From positions 15,016 through 79,015 of the forward strand of contig JAZOST010000007.1 of assembly GCA_045657285.1 (NCBI GenBank): a DNA stretch of 64,000 nucleotides, given 5' to 3'. A program made the translations under genes and the position numbers. Source of the DNA: Christensenellaceae bacterium (GTDB lineage Bacteria; Bacillota; Clostridia; Christensenellales; Borkfalkiaceae). Positions 38,032 to 46,420 of the stretch are shown piece by piece. Under the pieces are notes generated by a model, which worked only from the letters and a program-made list of their open reading frames with translations, was not told the origin of the DNA and did not search any database. Every line of letters starts with the position of its first letter. Position 1 is the stretch's first letter.

Positions 38032-38700
38032 TTATTTATTAAGCAAATCAGGACGACGCTCCGCCGTGATTTTTTCCGCTTGCTCACGTCTCCATTTGTC
38101 AATAAGCGCGTGATTACCGCTAATCAAAACGTCAGGAACTTTTAGCCCCATAAACTCTTGTGGTTTTGTGTATTGTGGGTATTCTAAAAGTCCGCTAGAG
38201 AAACTTTCTTCGCTTAAAGACTGCTCGTTTATAACCCCTGAAACGTATCTAGAAACCGCGTCGCTAACCGCCATAGCGGGTATTTCGCCACCCGTTAAAA
38301 CAAAGTCCCCAAGCGACAATTCTTCGTCAATATAAAGGTCAATAACCCTTTGGTCAACGCCTTCGTAATGTCCGCAAAGAAGTAAAATTCTATCGCATTT
38401 AGAGTACTCTAAAACTATTTTTTGGTCAAAAACTCTGCCTTTTGGAGACATAAAAATACGTTTCGCTTCGTGATTTGGGTCAACCGCTTCTATTGCGGAT
38501 GCGATAGGCTGAGCCATCATAACCATACCCGCGCCACCGCCAAACGGCGTGTCGTCGCATTTTTTATGTTTATCTAAAGTATAATCTCTTATATCTGTAA
38601 TTTCAATTTCAAGTTTACCGCTTTTCGTAGCGCGACCTATAATGCTAGTTTTTAGCGGAGCAAACATTTCTGGAAACAAGGTTAAAATGTCAATCTTCAT
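38032..38700 (-). CDS. trmD: tRNA (guanine37-N1)-methyltransferase
   Basis: ATG at 38700, giving MKIDILTLFPEMF. GGGAGMVM motif. Confidence 0.95.
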   Translation of the reverse strand: MKIDILTLFPEMFAPLKTSIIGRATKSGKLEIEITDIRDYTLDKHKKCDDTPFGGGAGMVMMAQPIASAIEAVDPNHEAKRIFMSPKGRVFDQKIVLEYSKCDRILLLCGHYEGVDQRVIDLYIDEELSLGDFVLTGGEIPAMAVSDAVSRYVSGVINEQSLSEESFSSGLLEYPQYTKPQEFMGLKVPDVLISGNHALIDKWRREQAEKITAERRPDLLNK

Positions 38701-39199
38701 AAACCGTAATCTCCTTATAACGCTTTTCACTAACCGTTATGTTTTTACTAGCAATATCTACGCTTACTAATAGGTCTTTTAGGAAAGGAAATCTTGCGAT
38801 TTTACCGCTTACCGTTTTGATAGTAAAAACGTCCGTTTTGGCTTCGGTAACGTCTATAACTTCGCCGACTTTTTTTCCATTTTCAAAAAAGACTTCACAC
38901 CCTAAAATATCTACTATAAAATAGGTGTTTTCGGGCAATGTAACCGCATCGCTTCTTTTAATATGCAAAAATTTACCGCGGAAAGTTTCCGCCGTATTTC
39001 TATCGCCAATGCCCGAAATCCACATATAAACTTCTCTAGCGCCAAGACGCACCGAAAGTACTTTATACGTGCTATCGTCAATAATAACTTGTTTTAATTT
39101 GTTAAATCTTTCTATATCGTCAGTAAGGGGCTGAACTTTTAGTTCTCCCCTTACTCCTTGCGGTTTAACGATAATACCAACTTTTAATAAATCTTCCAT
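38690..39199 (-). CDS. rimM: 16S rRNA processing protein RimM
   Basis: 169 aa with VGIIVKPQGVRGELKV at the N-terminus and a PRC barrel at the C-terminus. Confidence 0.92.
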   Translation of the reverse strand: MEDLLKVGIIVKPQGVRGELKVQPLTDDIERFNKLKQVIIDDSTYKVLSVRLGAREVYMWISGIGDRNTAETFRGKFLHIKRSDAVTLPENTYFIVDILGCEVFFENGKKVGEVIDVTEAKTDVFTIKTVSGKIARFPFLKDLLVSVDIASKNITVSEKRYKEITVYED

Positions 39200-39216
39200 A
39201 AAAGCGCGCGAAAAAG

Positions 39217-39453
39217 TTATGCTTGTTCGCGTATTTCTATATTGTATTTTTTATTTTCTTTTTGCGACCCTGCACGAACAAGAGTACGGAGCGCCTTTGC
39301 AATTTTGCCCTGACGACCGATTACTTTGCCCATATCTTCTGGGTCAAGAATTACCGTAACGTTTATAGTATTGCCTTCTTCCTTAATATCGTAAACGATT
39401 TTTTCGGGATTGTCGGCAAAACTTTCAACGACGTATTTAATTAATTCAACCAT
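39217..39453 (-). CDS. KH-domain RNA-binding protein (YlqC family)
   Basis: 78 aa with GKVIGRQGKIAKALRTL. Conserved position between rpsP and rimM. Confidence 0.9.
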   Translation of the reverse strand: MVELIKYVVESFADNPEKIVYDIKEEGNTINVTVILDPEDMGKVIGRQGKIAKALRTLVRAGSQKENKKYNIEIREQA

Positions 39454-39471
39454 TTTTTCGCCCTAACCTAA

Positions 39472-39765
39472 TTATTTAGATTTACGAACTTTAGTTTTTG
39501 CGGGTGAAAGTTTGGTGGGCTTAGGTAAAATACCTGCGTTTACTAATAAGTTTTTAACGGTGTCGGTAGGTTGAACGCCTTTTGCGAGCCAGTCTTTAGC
39601 CTTTGCTTCGTCAAAAACTACTTCTGCAGGAACGGTGGTAGGATTGTAGTGACCTACTTTGTCAATGTATGCGCCGTCTCTTGCATTTCTGCTGTCCGTG
39701 ATAACTACACGGTAGAAAGGTGATTTCTTGTCGCCCATTCTGGTTAATCTCATTTTTACTGCCAT
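39472..39765 (-). CDS. rpsP: 30S ribosomal protein S16
   Basis: 97 aa; [11 protein letters not shown]... is canonical S16. Confidence 0.97.
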   Translation of the reverse strand: MAVKMRLTRMGDKKSPFYRVVITDSRNARDGAYIDKVGHYNPTTVPAEVVFDEAKAKDWLAKGVQPTDTVKNLLVNAGILPKPTKLSPAKTKVRKSK

Positions 39766-39784
39766 TTTTGTTTTCTCCTATATA

Positions 39785-41098
39785 TTAAAATTTAAACATT
39801 TTATTGTTTTTCATTTGTTTCATCATTTGCTTGCTTTGCTCAAACTGGCGAAGAAGCGTATTTACGTCTTGAACTGACGTTCCACTGCCTTTTGCAATTC
39901 TTTGCTTTCTTGAAGAATTGATTACGTTCGGGTTTTCACGTTCATACATTGTCATTGATTGAATTATCGCTTTTGTTTTTGCAATCTTTTTCTCATCAAT
40001 GTTTTCTTCCGCAAGTTTAAGTTTTCCGCCAAGCCCCGGCATCATACTCAAAATATTTCTGATACCGCCCATTTTTTTCATTGTTTCAAATTGCGATAGA
40101 TAATCGTCTAAAGTAAAAGAATTTTCCCTAAACTTTTTCTCCATTTTTTTGGCTTCTTCTTCGGTAACCGCGTCTTGCGCCTTTTCTATTAGCGTTAAAA
40201 CGTCGCCCATACCTAGAATTCTATTCGCCATACGATCGGGGTGGAAAGGCTCTAAATCGCCTAACTTTTCGCCTACCGAACAATATTTAATAGGCTTACC
40301 CGTTACCGCCTTCATTGAAAGCGTAGCACCGCCCCTAGTATCGCCGTCTAGTTTAGTTAAAACAAGCCCCGTAACTTCTAGCCTTTTGTTAAAGGTGTCG
40401 GCAACTTCTACGGCAACTTGCCCAGTCATTGCGTCAACTACTAATAAAATTTCCGCTGGATTTACTTTTTCCTTAATGTCTTCAAGTTCTTGCATTAAGT
40501 CTTCGTCAATTTGAAGTCTTCCCGCGGTGTCAATAATAACTGTATCAAAGCCGTATGATTTAGCGTATTCAACGCCTTCTTTTGCTATTTTAACAGGGTT
40601 GCCTTGACCTTTTTCAAAAACGGTACAACCCGCCTTTTCGCCAACTACTTTAAGTTGATTTATCGCTGCGGGACGATATACGTCACACGCAACTAGCAAG
40701 GGTTTTTTACCTTGCTTTTTAAGTAGCATACCAAGTTTACCAACGAGCGTAGTTTTACCCGCACCTTGAAGCCCCGCCATCATTATAACCGTAGGCGGAT
40801 TACTGCTTACCGCAAGTTTACTATTCGTTGAACCCATTAAGGCAATAAGTTCTTCGTTTACTATTTTAATAACTTGTTGGGTTGGGCTTAAACTTTTAAG
40901 TATTTCTTGCCCTACCGCGCGTTCGCTTACTTTGTTTACGAATTCCTTAACAACGGCAATATTTACGTCCGCTTCTAAAAGCGCGATACGCACTTCACGC
41001 ATAGCGGTTTTAATTTCAAGTTCAGTAAGTCTTCCGCGTTTGGTTAGTTTACTGAATATATGATTAAGTTTTTCAGATAATCCTTGAAATAATGCCAT
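39785..41098 (-). CDS. ffh: Signal recognition particle protein Ffh
   Basis: 437 aa with GLQGAGKTT, DTAGR, TKLDGD and a Met-rich M domain. Confidence 0.97.
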   Translation of the reverse strand: MALFQGLSEKLNHIFSKLTKRGRLTELEIKTAMREVRIALLEADVNIAVVKEFVNKVSERAVGQEILKSLSPTQQVIKIVNEELIALMGSTNSKLAVSSNPPTVIMMAGLQGAGKTTLVGKLGMLLKKQGKKPLLVACDVYRPAAINQLKVVGEKAGCTVFEKGQGNPVKIAKEGVEYAKSYGFDTVIIDTAGRLQIDEDLMQELEDIKEKVNPAEILLVVDAMTGQVAVEVADTFNKRLEVTGLVLTKLDGDTRGGATLSMKAVTGKPIKYCSVGEKLGDLEPFHPDRMANRILGMGDVLTLIEKAQDAVTEEEAKKMEKKFRENSFTLDDYLSQFETMKKMGGIRNILSMMPGLGGKLKLAEENIDEKKIAKTKAIIQSMTMYERENPNVINSSRKQRIAKGSGTSVQDVNTLLRQFEQSKQMMKQMKNNKMFKF

Positions 41099-41394
41099 TA
41101 CTTACCTATAATTTCGTTAATTTTTACTGCAACGTCTTCGCCTAATTCTTTTGAAAGCGCTAATAATTTTTGATTTTTTTCATAAATCTTAAGCGTTTTT
41201 TCATACTGAACTAATTTATCGCATACAGACTTAATCGCTTCGTGAACGCTTTGGCGAGTTTTTCCGTCAGGCTCTGCTATTTCAGATAAACTTAAGTCGT
41301 ATATGTAATAGGCCGAAAATATCTTCTTTTGCTTTTCAGTCAAAAGTTCGCCGTATATATCAAATAATTCTATGTATAAAAAATTCTTTTCCAT
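41098..41394 (-). CDS. ylxM: YlxM (UPF0122) putative DNA-binding protein
   Basis: 98 aa with LLTEKQ...YYIYDLSLSEIAE...TRQSVHEAIK. Upstream of ffh, as in Bacillus. Confidence 0.9.
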   Translation of the reverse strand: MEKNFLYIELFDIYGELLTEKQKKIFSAYYIYDLSLSEIAEPDGKTRQSVHEAIKSVCDKLVQYEKTLKIYEKNQKLLALSKELGEDVAVKINEIIGK

Positions 41395-41433
41395 AAAAAA
41401 CTAAAGGTGTAAAGTTTTTTTCCTTTACACCTT
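41395..41433 (-). terminator. Terminator-like hairpin abutting the ylxM start codon
   Basis: 11-bp stem aaggtgtaaag/ctttacacctt with an 8-nt loop. The minus strand then reads tag + tttttt directly before the ATG. Confidence 0.6.
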
Positions 41434-41436
41434 GAT

Positions 41437-41465
41437 ATTATAATTACTTATTACGTGTTTGTCAA
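41437..41465 (-). promoter_or_regulatory. Perfect-consensus sigma70 promoter upstream of ylxM-ffh
   Basis: Minus strand reads TTGACA-17nt-TATAAT. Confidence 0.6.
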
Positions 41466-41482
41466 GATTTTTTTAAGACTTT

Positions 41483-42406
41483 TTATAAAACTTTTGACAA
41501 GAAGTCTTTAAGTCTTTCGTTTTTAGGATTACTAAAGAATTCTTTAGGTTCATTTTCTTCCATAATTACGCCTTCATCCATAAACATAATTCTAGATGCA
41601 ACTTCTTTAGCAAAGCCCATTTCGTGAGTTACAACTACCATCGTCATACCTGCTTTTGCAAGGTCTGTCATAACGTTTAATACTTCGCCAACCATTTCGG
41701 GGTCAAGTGCTGAAGTAGGTTCGTCAAAAAGCATAACGTCTGGTTCCATAGCGAGTGCGCGAACGATTGCAACACGTTGTTTTTGACCGCCAGAAAGCGC
41801 CGAAGGATAGTCGTTTGCCCTATCTGCAAGACCTACTTTTTCAAGAAGGGCAATCGCTTTAGCGTTTGCTTCTTCTTCGGTAAGTTTTTTAAGTTTAATA
41901 GGCGCAAGAGTAATGTTTTTTAGTATAGTTAAGTGCGGGAACAAATTGAATTGTTGGAAAACCATACCTATTTTTTGCCTATGAGTGTTGATAGAACTAT
42001 CAAGTTCCTTCTTTATGCTTTTTTCTTCCGCTTTTTCGGTAGCAAGTTGCGCTTTTAGTTCATTGAGCGTAGCGTTAAGTTCGTTAAGTTTAGCACTTGC
42101 ATCTTCTGGTAAGTTTTTAAGGCTTTTCTTAAGTAGTTTTATTTCAGTATTTATTTCCGCAATTGCTTCTTCAGTATAAACGCTGTATTTCTTAAAAATT
42201 AGTTCGCCTTGAAAGTCTATTTCGCCAGCGGTTGGATTTTCAAGCATATTAAGGCATCTTAAAAAGGTTGATTTACCGCAACCAGAAGGTCCTATAATAG
42301 CAACTACGTCGCCTTTTTGAATTTCAGTATTTATACCTTTCAAAACCTTGTTATCGCCAAAGTTTTTGCAAAGATTATTGATTTTTAATATAACGTTATT
42401 TTCCAT
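41483..42406 (-). CDS. Amino-acid ABC transporter ATP-binding protein with an internal coiled-coil insertion
   Basis: 307 aa with [18 protein letters not shown] and [11 protein letters not shown]. GlnQ-like, but carries about 60 extra residues between Walker A and the Q-loop. Confidence 0.9.
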   Translation of the reverse strand: MENNVILKINNLCKNFGDNKVLKGINTEIQKGDVVAIIGPSGCGKSTFLRCLNMLENPTAGEIDFQGELIFKKYSVYTEEAIAEINTEIKLLKKSLKNLPEDASAKLNELNATLNELKAQLATEKAEEKSIKKELDSSINTHRQKIGMVFQQFNLFPHLTILKNITLAPIKLKKLTEEEANAKAIALLEKVGLADRANDYPSALSGGQKQRVAIVRALAMEPDVMLFDEPTSALDPEMVGEVLNVMTDLAKAGMTMVVVTHEMGFAKEVASRIMFMDEGVIMEENEPKEFFSNPKNERLKDFLSKVL

Positions 42407-42408
42407 AA

Positions 42409-43077
42409 TTATTTCCTATCACTTTTAGCGAGTTTTTTCTCAAGAATTTTAAGTATTTGTGTAAGCGCTACAACTATTACCAAATAGATTATAGCGGATA
42501 CTATGTAAGGTCCAAAAGGTTCGTAAGTTCTTGCCGTAATACGCGCTGCAACTTTGGTAATATCTATTACCCCGATAGTTCCTACGATTGACGTTTCTTT
42601 TACTAGCGCGATAAATTCGTTAAACAACGCTGGTAGCGCCCTTCTTAAACCTTGTGGAAGAACTATTGTAACCATTACTTGTGTTCTGCTTAAGCCAAGC
42701 GAACAGCCGGCTTCTACTTGACCATCATCAACGCTTTCTAACCCACCACGAATAATTTCCGCAACGTATGCGCCAGAGTTTATACCGAAAGTTATAATTG
42801 CAATCGGCATGGTCGGTAAAGCGACAAGTACTATTAGGTACATAATTAAAAGTTGAACGTAAACTGGCGTTCCACGGAATATTGTTAGATAAAAATCACA
42901 TATTTTGTTGGCTACAACCAATTTGCCGAATTTTTTGTTTACGTACTTAATGAGTGCAACGATAATACCAAGCACTACACCCACCGCAATAGCGCCAAGT
43001 GAAATAAGTAAGGTTTTACCAACGCCTTCTAAATACCATAACCAACGACTGTCTTTTATAAGTGTACTATAAAACAT
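42409..43077 (-). CDS. Amino-acid ABC transporter permease (HisM/GlnP type)
   Basis: 222 aa, about 5 TM segments, with an EAA-like loop [24 protein letters not shown]. Confidence 0.9.
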   Translation of the reverse strand: MFYSTLIKDSRWLWYLEGVGKTLLISLGAIAVGVVLGIIVALIKYVNKKFGKLVVANKICDFYLTIFRGTPVYVQLLIMYLIVLVALPTMPIAIITFGINSGAYVAEIIRGGLESVDDGQVEAGCSLGLSRTQVMVTIVLPQGLRRALPALFNEFIALVKETSIVGTIGVIDITKVAARITARTYEPFGPYIVSAIIYLVIVVALTQILKILEKKLAKSDRK

Positions 43078-43100
43078 AATTTTTCCTTTAATTACTGCTA

Positions 43101-43127
43101 AAAGGTAGGTACTTTATACCTACCTTT
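43101..43127 (-). terminator. Intercistronic stem-loop/terminator between the binding-protein and permease genes
   Basis: 11-bp stem aaaggtaggta/tacctaccttt with a 5-nt loop. Confidence 0.6.
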
Positions 43128-43155
43128 TTTGCATTATTTATTTTTATAACATTGA

Positions 43156-43983
43156 TTATTTTTCGTTAGCAACGAGTTTTTGTGCAGGAAGTTCGTCAAT
43201 AACGATAAAGTCAATTTTGTCTGCTTTTAATGCAACGAATGCAACTGAACCAGTATCGTATTCAACCATAGTAGCACCGGTACCTTTAAGAACGCCGTTT
43301 TCAATTGCATCTTCTACCATTTGAGCACCGGTAGTACCTTTTTGAACGCCGATTTTCTTACCAGCAAGACAAGCAAGTGAAACGTGTGCTTGGTCTTCGG
43401 TAGAAATGATGTATTGAACTGAAGAATAGTATGCGTTAGAGAAAGCGATAGTTTCTGCTCTTTCTTCGGTAATGGTGATACCAGCAGCGCCTACTGCGTC
43501 ATCTTCAGTAGCAACTTTACCACAAATGCCGTCAAAGTCCATATCAACAACGTTTATTTTCATGTTAAGTTTTTCACAAACGAGTTCCATAAGATAGATA
43601 TCTGCACCGATAACTTTGTTGCTATCGTCAATGAATTCGTAAGGTTCAAAACCAGAACAGGTATAAACGTTAAGCGTACCTGCAGTGTTATCTGAAAGGT
43701 CAGCGAAATTTAACGTAACGGTAGGAGTTTGGTCATTAGAAAGTGCAGTGTAGTATGCGATAATGTCGTCCATAGCAACTTCAGCGATAACTTCGTTCAT
43801 AGCAGCAAGGATTGCAGTTTTGTTAGGAGAATTTTTACCAACTGCTAAACCGTATTCTTCAACTTCTACGCCGTAGATGGGTTTAGCAACGTATTTTGCT
43901 TCGCCTTCACCACAAGCGGTTAAACCAAAGATGCAACCGATACTTAAAATTAAAGTAGCGATAAGTGTAATAAGTTTTTTCAT
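43156..43983 (-). CDS. Amino-acid ABC substrate-binding lipoprotein (type 2 periplasmic binding fold)
   Basis: ATG at 43983 with a GAGAGGAAA SD. Signal peptide plus lipobox MKKLITLIATLILSIGCIFGLTAC. SBP_bac_3-like core (FEPYEF, ITITEERA, GKKIGVQKGTTG). Confidence 0.88.
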   Translation of the reverse strand: MKKLITLIATLILSIGCIFGLTACGEGEAKYVAKPIYGVEVEEYGLAVGKNSPNKTAILAAMNEVIAEVAMDDIIAYYTALSNDQTPTVTLNFADLSDNTAGTLNVYTCSGFEPYEFIDDSNKVIGADIYLMELVCEKLNMKINVVDMDFDGICGKVATEDDAVGAAGITITEERAETIAFSNAYYSSVQYIISTEDQAHVSLACLAGKKIGVQKGTTGAQMVEDAIENGVLKGTGATMVEYDTGSVAFVALKADKIDFIVIDELPAQKLVANEK

Positions 43984-44036
43984 AAATGTTTCCTCTCTTT
44001 TGCGAAGCATTGCTCGCGTTTGTTTTTTATACCGAT

Positions 44037-44065
44037 ATTATATTACTGCAATTTTCATTTGTCAA
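44037..44065 (-). promoter_or_regulatory. Perfect-consensus sigma70 promoter for the ABC operon
   Basis: Minus strand reads TTGACA-17nt-TATAAT, about 50 nt upstream of the ATG at 43983. Confidence 0.65.
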
Positions 44066-44162
44066 ACATTTTTTGCATATTTTTTGAAAATTTTTTATTT
44101 TTTTTGTATATTTTTATGTTTTATGAATAATATAGTGAATATCTATTTATTATTATTCATTT

Positions 44163-44192
44163 TTGACCATTTTTTGAATAATTCAATATAAT
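44163..44192 (+). promoter_or_regulatory. Sigma70 promoter placed for a leaderless transcript of the amidase-domain gene
   Basis: TTGACC-18nt-TATAAT, then 6 nt, then the ATG at 44199. No SD. Confidence 0.5.
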
Positions 44193-44198
44193 AATTGT

Positions 44199-44687
44199 AT
44201 GAAAGTTCAGTTATATAATAGGGAAAATGTATATTCTTATGCAAAAAAATGGGCGCTAAAACGAAATCCAAAGTATTATAATTTTGATTCTCTTGGTGGA
44301 GATTGTACTAATTTTGTTTCTCAATGCGTTTACACGGGTAGCGGTATTATGAATTTTACAAAAGAGTTGGGGTGGTATTATCGTTCGCTATCTGATAGAG
44401 CACCCGCCTTTACAGGTGTAGAGTATTTTTATAATTTTATTACTCAAAAAAAAGAGCGCATAGGTCCTTTTGGCTCACTCACCTTAAAAGAAAACCTAAA
44501 AGTTGGCGATATTATTCAACTTGGACGCGGAAACGGTGATTTTTTTCACACCCTACTTGTAACGGAAAATAGTAATGGTAATATTTTTGTATCTTCGCAT
44601 ACTAGAGATTTTTTTAACGTTCCGCTTGAAGTTTATAATTTTGACCTTGCTAGATTTATTAGCATTGACGGCGTATATAAGCCGTAA
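44199..44687 (+). CDS. Putative amidase-domain protein (Amidase_6-like)
   Basis: 162 aa. YNRENVYSYAKKWALKRNPKYYNF..LGGDCTNFVSQC and later HT motifs match the putative amidase domain family. Confidence 0.7.
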   Translation: MKVQLYNRENVYSYAKKWALKRNPKYYNFDSLGGDCTNFVSQCVYTGSGIMNFTKELGWYYRSLSDRAPAFTGVEYFYNFITQKKERIGPFGSLTLKENLKVGDIIQLGRGNGDFFHTLLVTENSNGNIFVSSHTRDFFNVPLEVYNFDLARFISIDGVYKP

Positions 44688-44690
44688 AAA

Positions 44691-44721
44691 AAGACCTTGC
44701 ATTTTAGCAAAGTCTTTTTTT
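44691..44721 (+). terminator. Intrinsic terminator after the amidase-domain gene
   Basis: Stem aagaccttgc/gcaaagtctt (one mismatch) followed by a T-run. Confidence 0.65.
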
Positions 44722-44744
44722 ATATATAATGTATTATATTAATA

Positions 44745-45563
44745 CTATTCTTTTTCAATAAATATATAACCGAACGCATTTGGTCCCCAGTGGCAAGCAA
44801 TTGCAGGGTCAAGATTATCTTTTTCAATCATAGCGTTTCTATAAATCTCGTCCGTTTTAGAAATCATATCGTCAAGATTAGTATCGTCATACGTATAAGA
44901 AGGAACTATAGGATAATTTACATCACAATTCTCTAGCGCGTTTATCATATATTTAATTGCCGGTTTTAAGCCTATAGTTTTACTTGCAACCTTTACCCCA
45001 CCGCGAAGTTCTATAATCGGCTTAATTTTAAGAAGTGAGCCAACGATATAACCCGCCCTACTTAATCTACCGCCTTTATGCAAATATTCAAGCGTTTCGG
45101 GAACTGCTAAAACTTTTATTCTAGGAATTAGTGCGTTAATTTTTTCTACAACAAAGTCTAACGGCTTATCTAAATATTTATTCGCTTCCTGAACTAAAAT
45201 TCTAACACCACCAACCGCCGATAAAGAATCTATTACGCGAACCTTATCATTTCCATTAAAAAGCATTTTTATCGCGTTAAAAGTTCCTGATATTCCTGAA
45301 GAAATAGTTATGATAATAACTTCGTTACCATCTTGTACGCATTTATTAACCTTTCCTTCAATGTATTCAAGCGACGGAAGTGACGTTTTTGGAAAACAAC
45401 CTTCGTTAATAAGTCTATCATAAAAAACGTCCATAGGTAAATCTATACCATCTTGATACTCAGTATCACCTATTAAAATTTTTAAAGGCAAAATTTCAAC
45501 GCCGTATTTTTCTTTTTCTTCTTGTTTTATGCTACTGCCAGAGTCAACGAAAATTTTAATCAT
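44745..45563 (-). CDS. DegV-family fatty-acid-binding protein
   Basis: ATG at 45563, giving MIKIFVDSGSS, with an AAAGGAA SD. DegV-like throughout. Confidence 0.88.
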   Translation of the reverse strand: MIKIFVDSGSSIKQEEKEKYGVEILPLKILIGDTEYQDGIDLPMDVFYDRLINEGCFPKTSLPSLEYIEGKVNKCVQDGNEVIIITISSGISGTFNAIKMLFNGNDKVRVIDSLSAVGGVRILVQEANKYLDKPLDFVVEKINALIPRIKVLAVPETLEYLHKGGRLSRAGYIVGSLLKIKPIIELRGGVKVASKTIGLKPAIKYMINALENCDVNYPIVPSYTYDDTNLDDMISKTDEIYRNAMIEKDNLDPAIACHWGPNAFGYIFIEKE

Positions 45564-45719
45564 TTTTAATTCCTTTTTGCTTTTTCGTTTTACGTTTCTA
45601 TTATACGCAAACACTAAAAAAATTAAATATTTTTTCTCTACACAAAATAGAATTTAACTAAACTATTATTTTTACAACTCTACCCGCAGTAGATTTTGCT
45701 AAAAAATGCCATTCTTTAT

Positions 45720-45748
45720 TTGATTTTTTGCGTTTTTTGTGGTAGAAT
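45720..45748 (+). promoter_or_regulatory. Sigma70 promoter placed for a leaderless transcript of the XRE-membrane regulator gene
   Basis: TTGATT-17nt-TAGAAT with a TG extension, then 6 nt, then the ATG at 45755. No SD. Confidence 0.5.
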
Positions 45749-45754
45749 AAATTT

Positions 45755-46384
45755 ATGGACATAAAAGAAAATATTGCACTAAATATAATTAAATATAGAA
45801 AAGAACTTAAAATTACCCAAGCGGAACTTGCTGAAAAGTTAAATTATTCGGACAAAGCCGTATCAAAATGGGAACGTGCGGAGTCTGTTCCAGACGTTTA
45901 CGTTCTTCACCAAATCTCTTCAATTTTCGGCATAACGATAGACACGCTAATTTCCCCACCAAAAGAAGAAAAACCGTCAGTACTTAAACAAATTGGTAAA
46001 ATCCGTTTTACTAAAGGTGTTATAAGCACCGCTATCGTGTGGTTTATTGCCATAGTCGGTTTCTTTTTTCTTGATGCAATTATCCCCGTTTCTTTTGAAT
46101 CTTGGCTACTTTTTATTTATGCAATAGCAATTACTTTTTTAATACTTTTTATTATGACTTCCGTTTGGGGCAAAACGTTTTGGAATATGATATTCGTATC
46201 CATATTTTGTTGGATGCTGATAGTTTCAATTTATTTAACGCTTAAAATTTATTTGCCAAGCCCCCCCGAAAAACTTTGGGAAGTGCTCCTTATAGGCGTT
46301 CCCTTACAAATAGTTTTAGTTACAATATTCTATTACACAGATATTAAATCAAGACTTGAAAAACTTAAACATCACAATAAATAA
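45755..46384 (+). CDS. XRE-family HTH protein with a C-terminal 4-TM domain
   Basis: 209 aa with an N-terminal Cro/C1 HTH (ITQAELAEKLNYSDKAVSKWERAES) followed by four hydrophobic helices. Confidence 0.8.
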   Translation: MDIKENIALNIIKYRKELKITQAELAEKLNYSDKAVSKWERAESVPDVYVLHQISSIFGITIDTLISPPKEEKPSVLKQIGKIRFTKGVISTAIVWFIAIVGFFFLDAIIPVSFESWLLFIYAIAITFLILFIMTSVWGKTFWNMIFVSIFCWMLIVSIYLTLKIYLPSPPEKLWEVLLIGVPLQIVLVTIFYYTDIKSRLEKLKHHNK

Positions 46385-46389
46385 AAACA

Positions 46390-46418
46390 AAAAACACCGA
46401 AAATATTCGGTGTTTTTC
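46390..46418. terminator. Bidirectional terminator
   Basis: Stem acaccgaa/ttcggtgt with a 4-nt loop and A/T-run flanks. Confidence 0.75.
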
Positions 46419-46420
46419 TT

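Noticed and set aside
43984-44036. A riboswitch upstream of the amino-acid ABC operon.
   Set aside because: The UTR is only about 45-50 nt and has only a 4-bp potential stem. That is too short for known amino-acid riboswitches.
43877-44191. A 104-aa plus-strand ORF spanning the ABC-operon promoter region.
   Set aside because: It overlaps the lipoprotein signal-peptide codons on the other strand and then runs through an AT-rich intergenic region. It has no SD and is F/I/L-rich.
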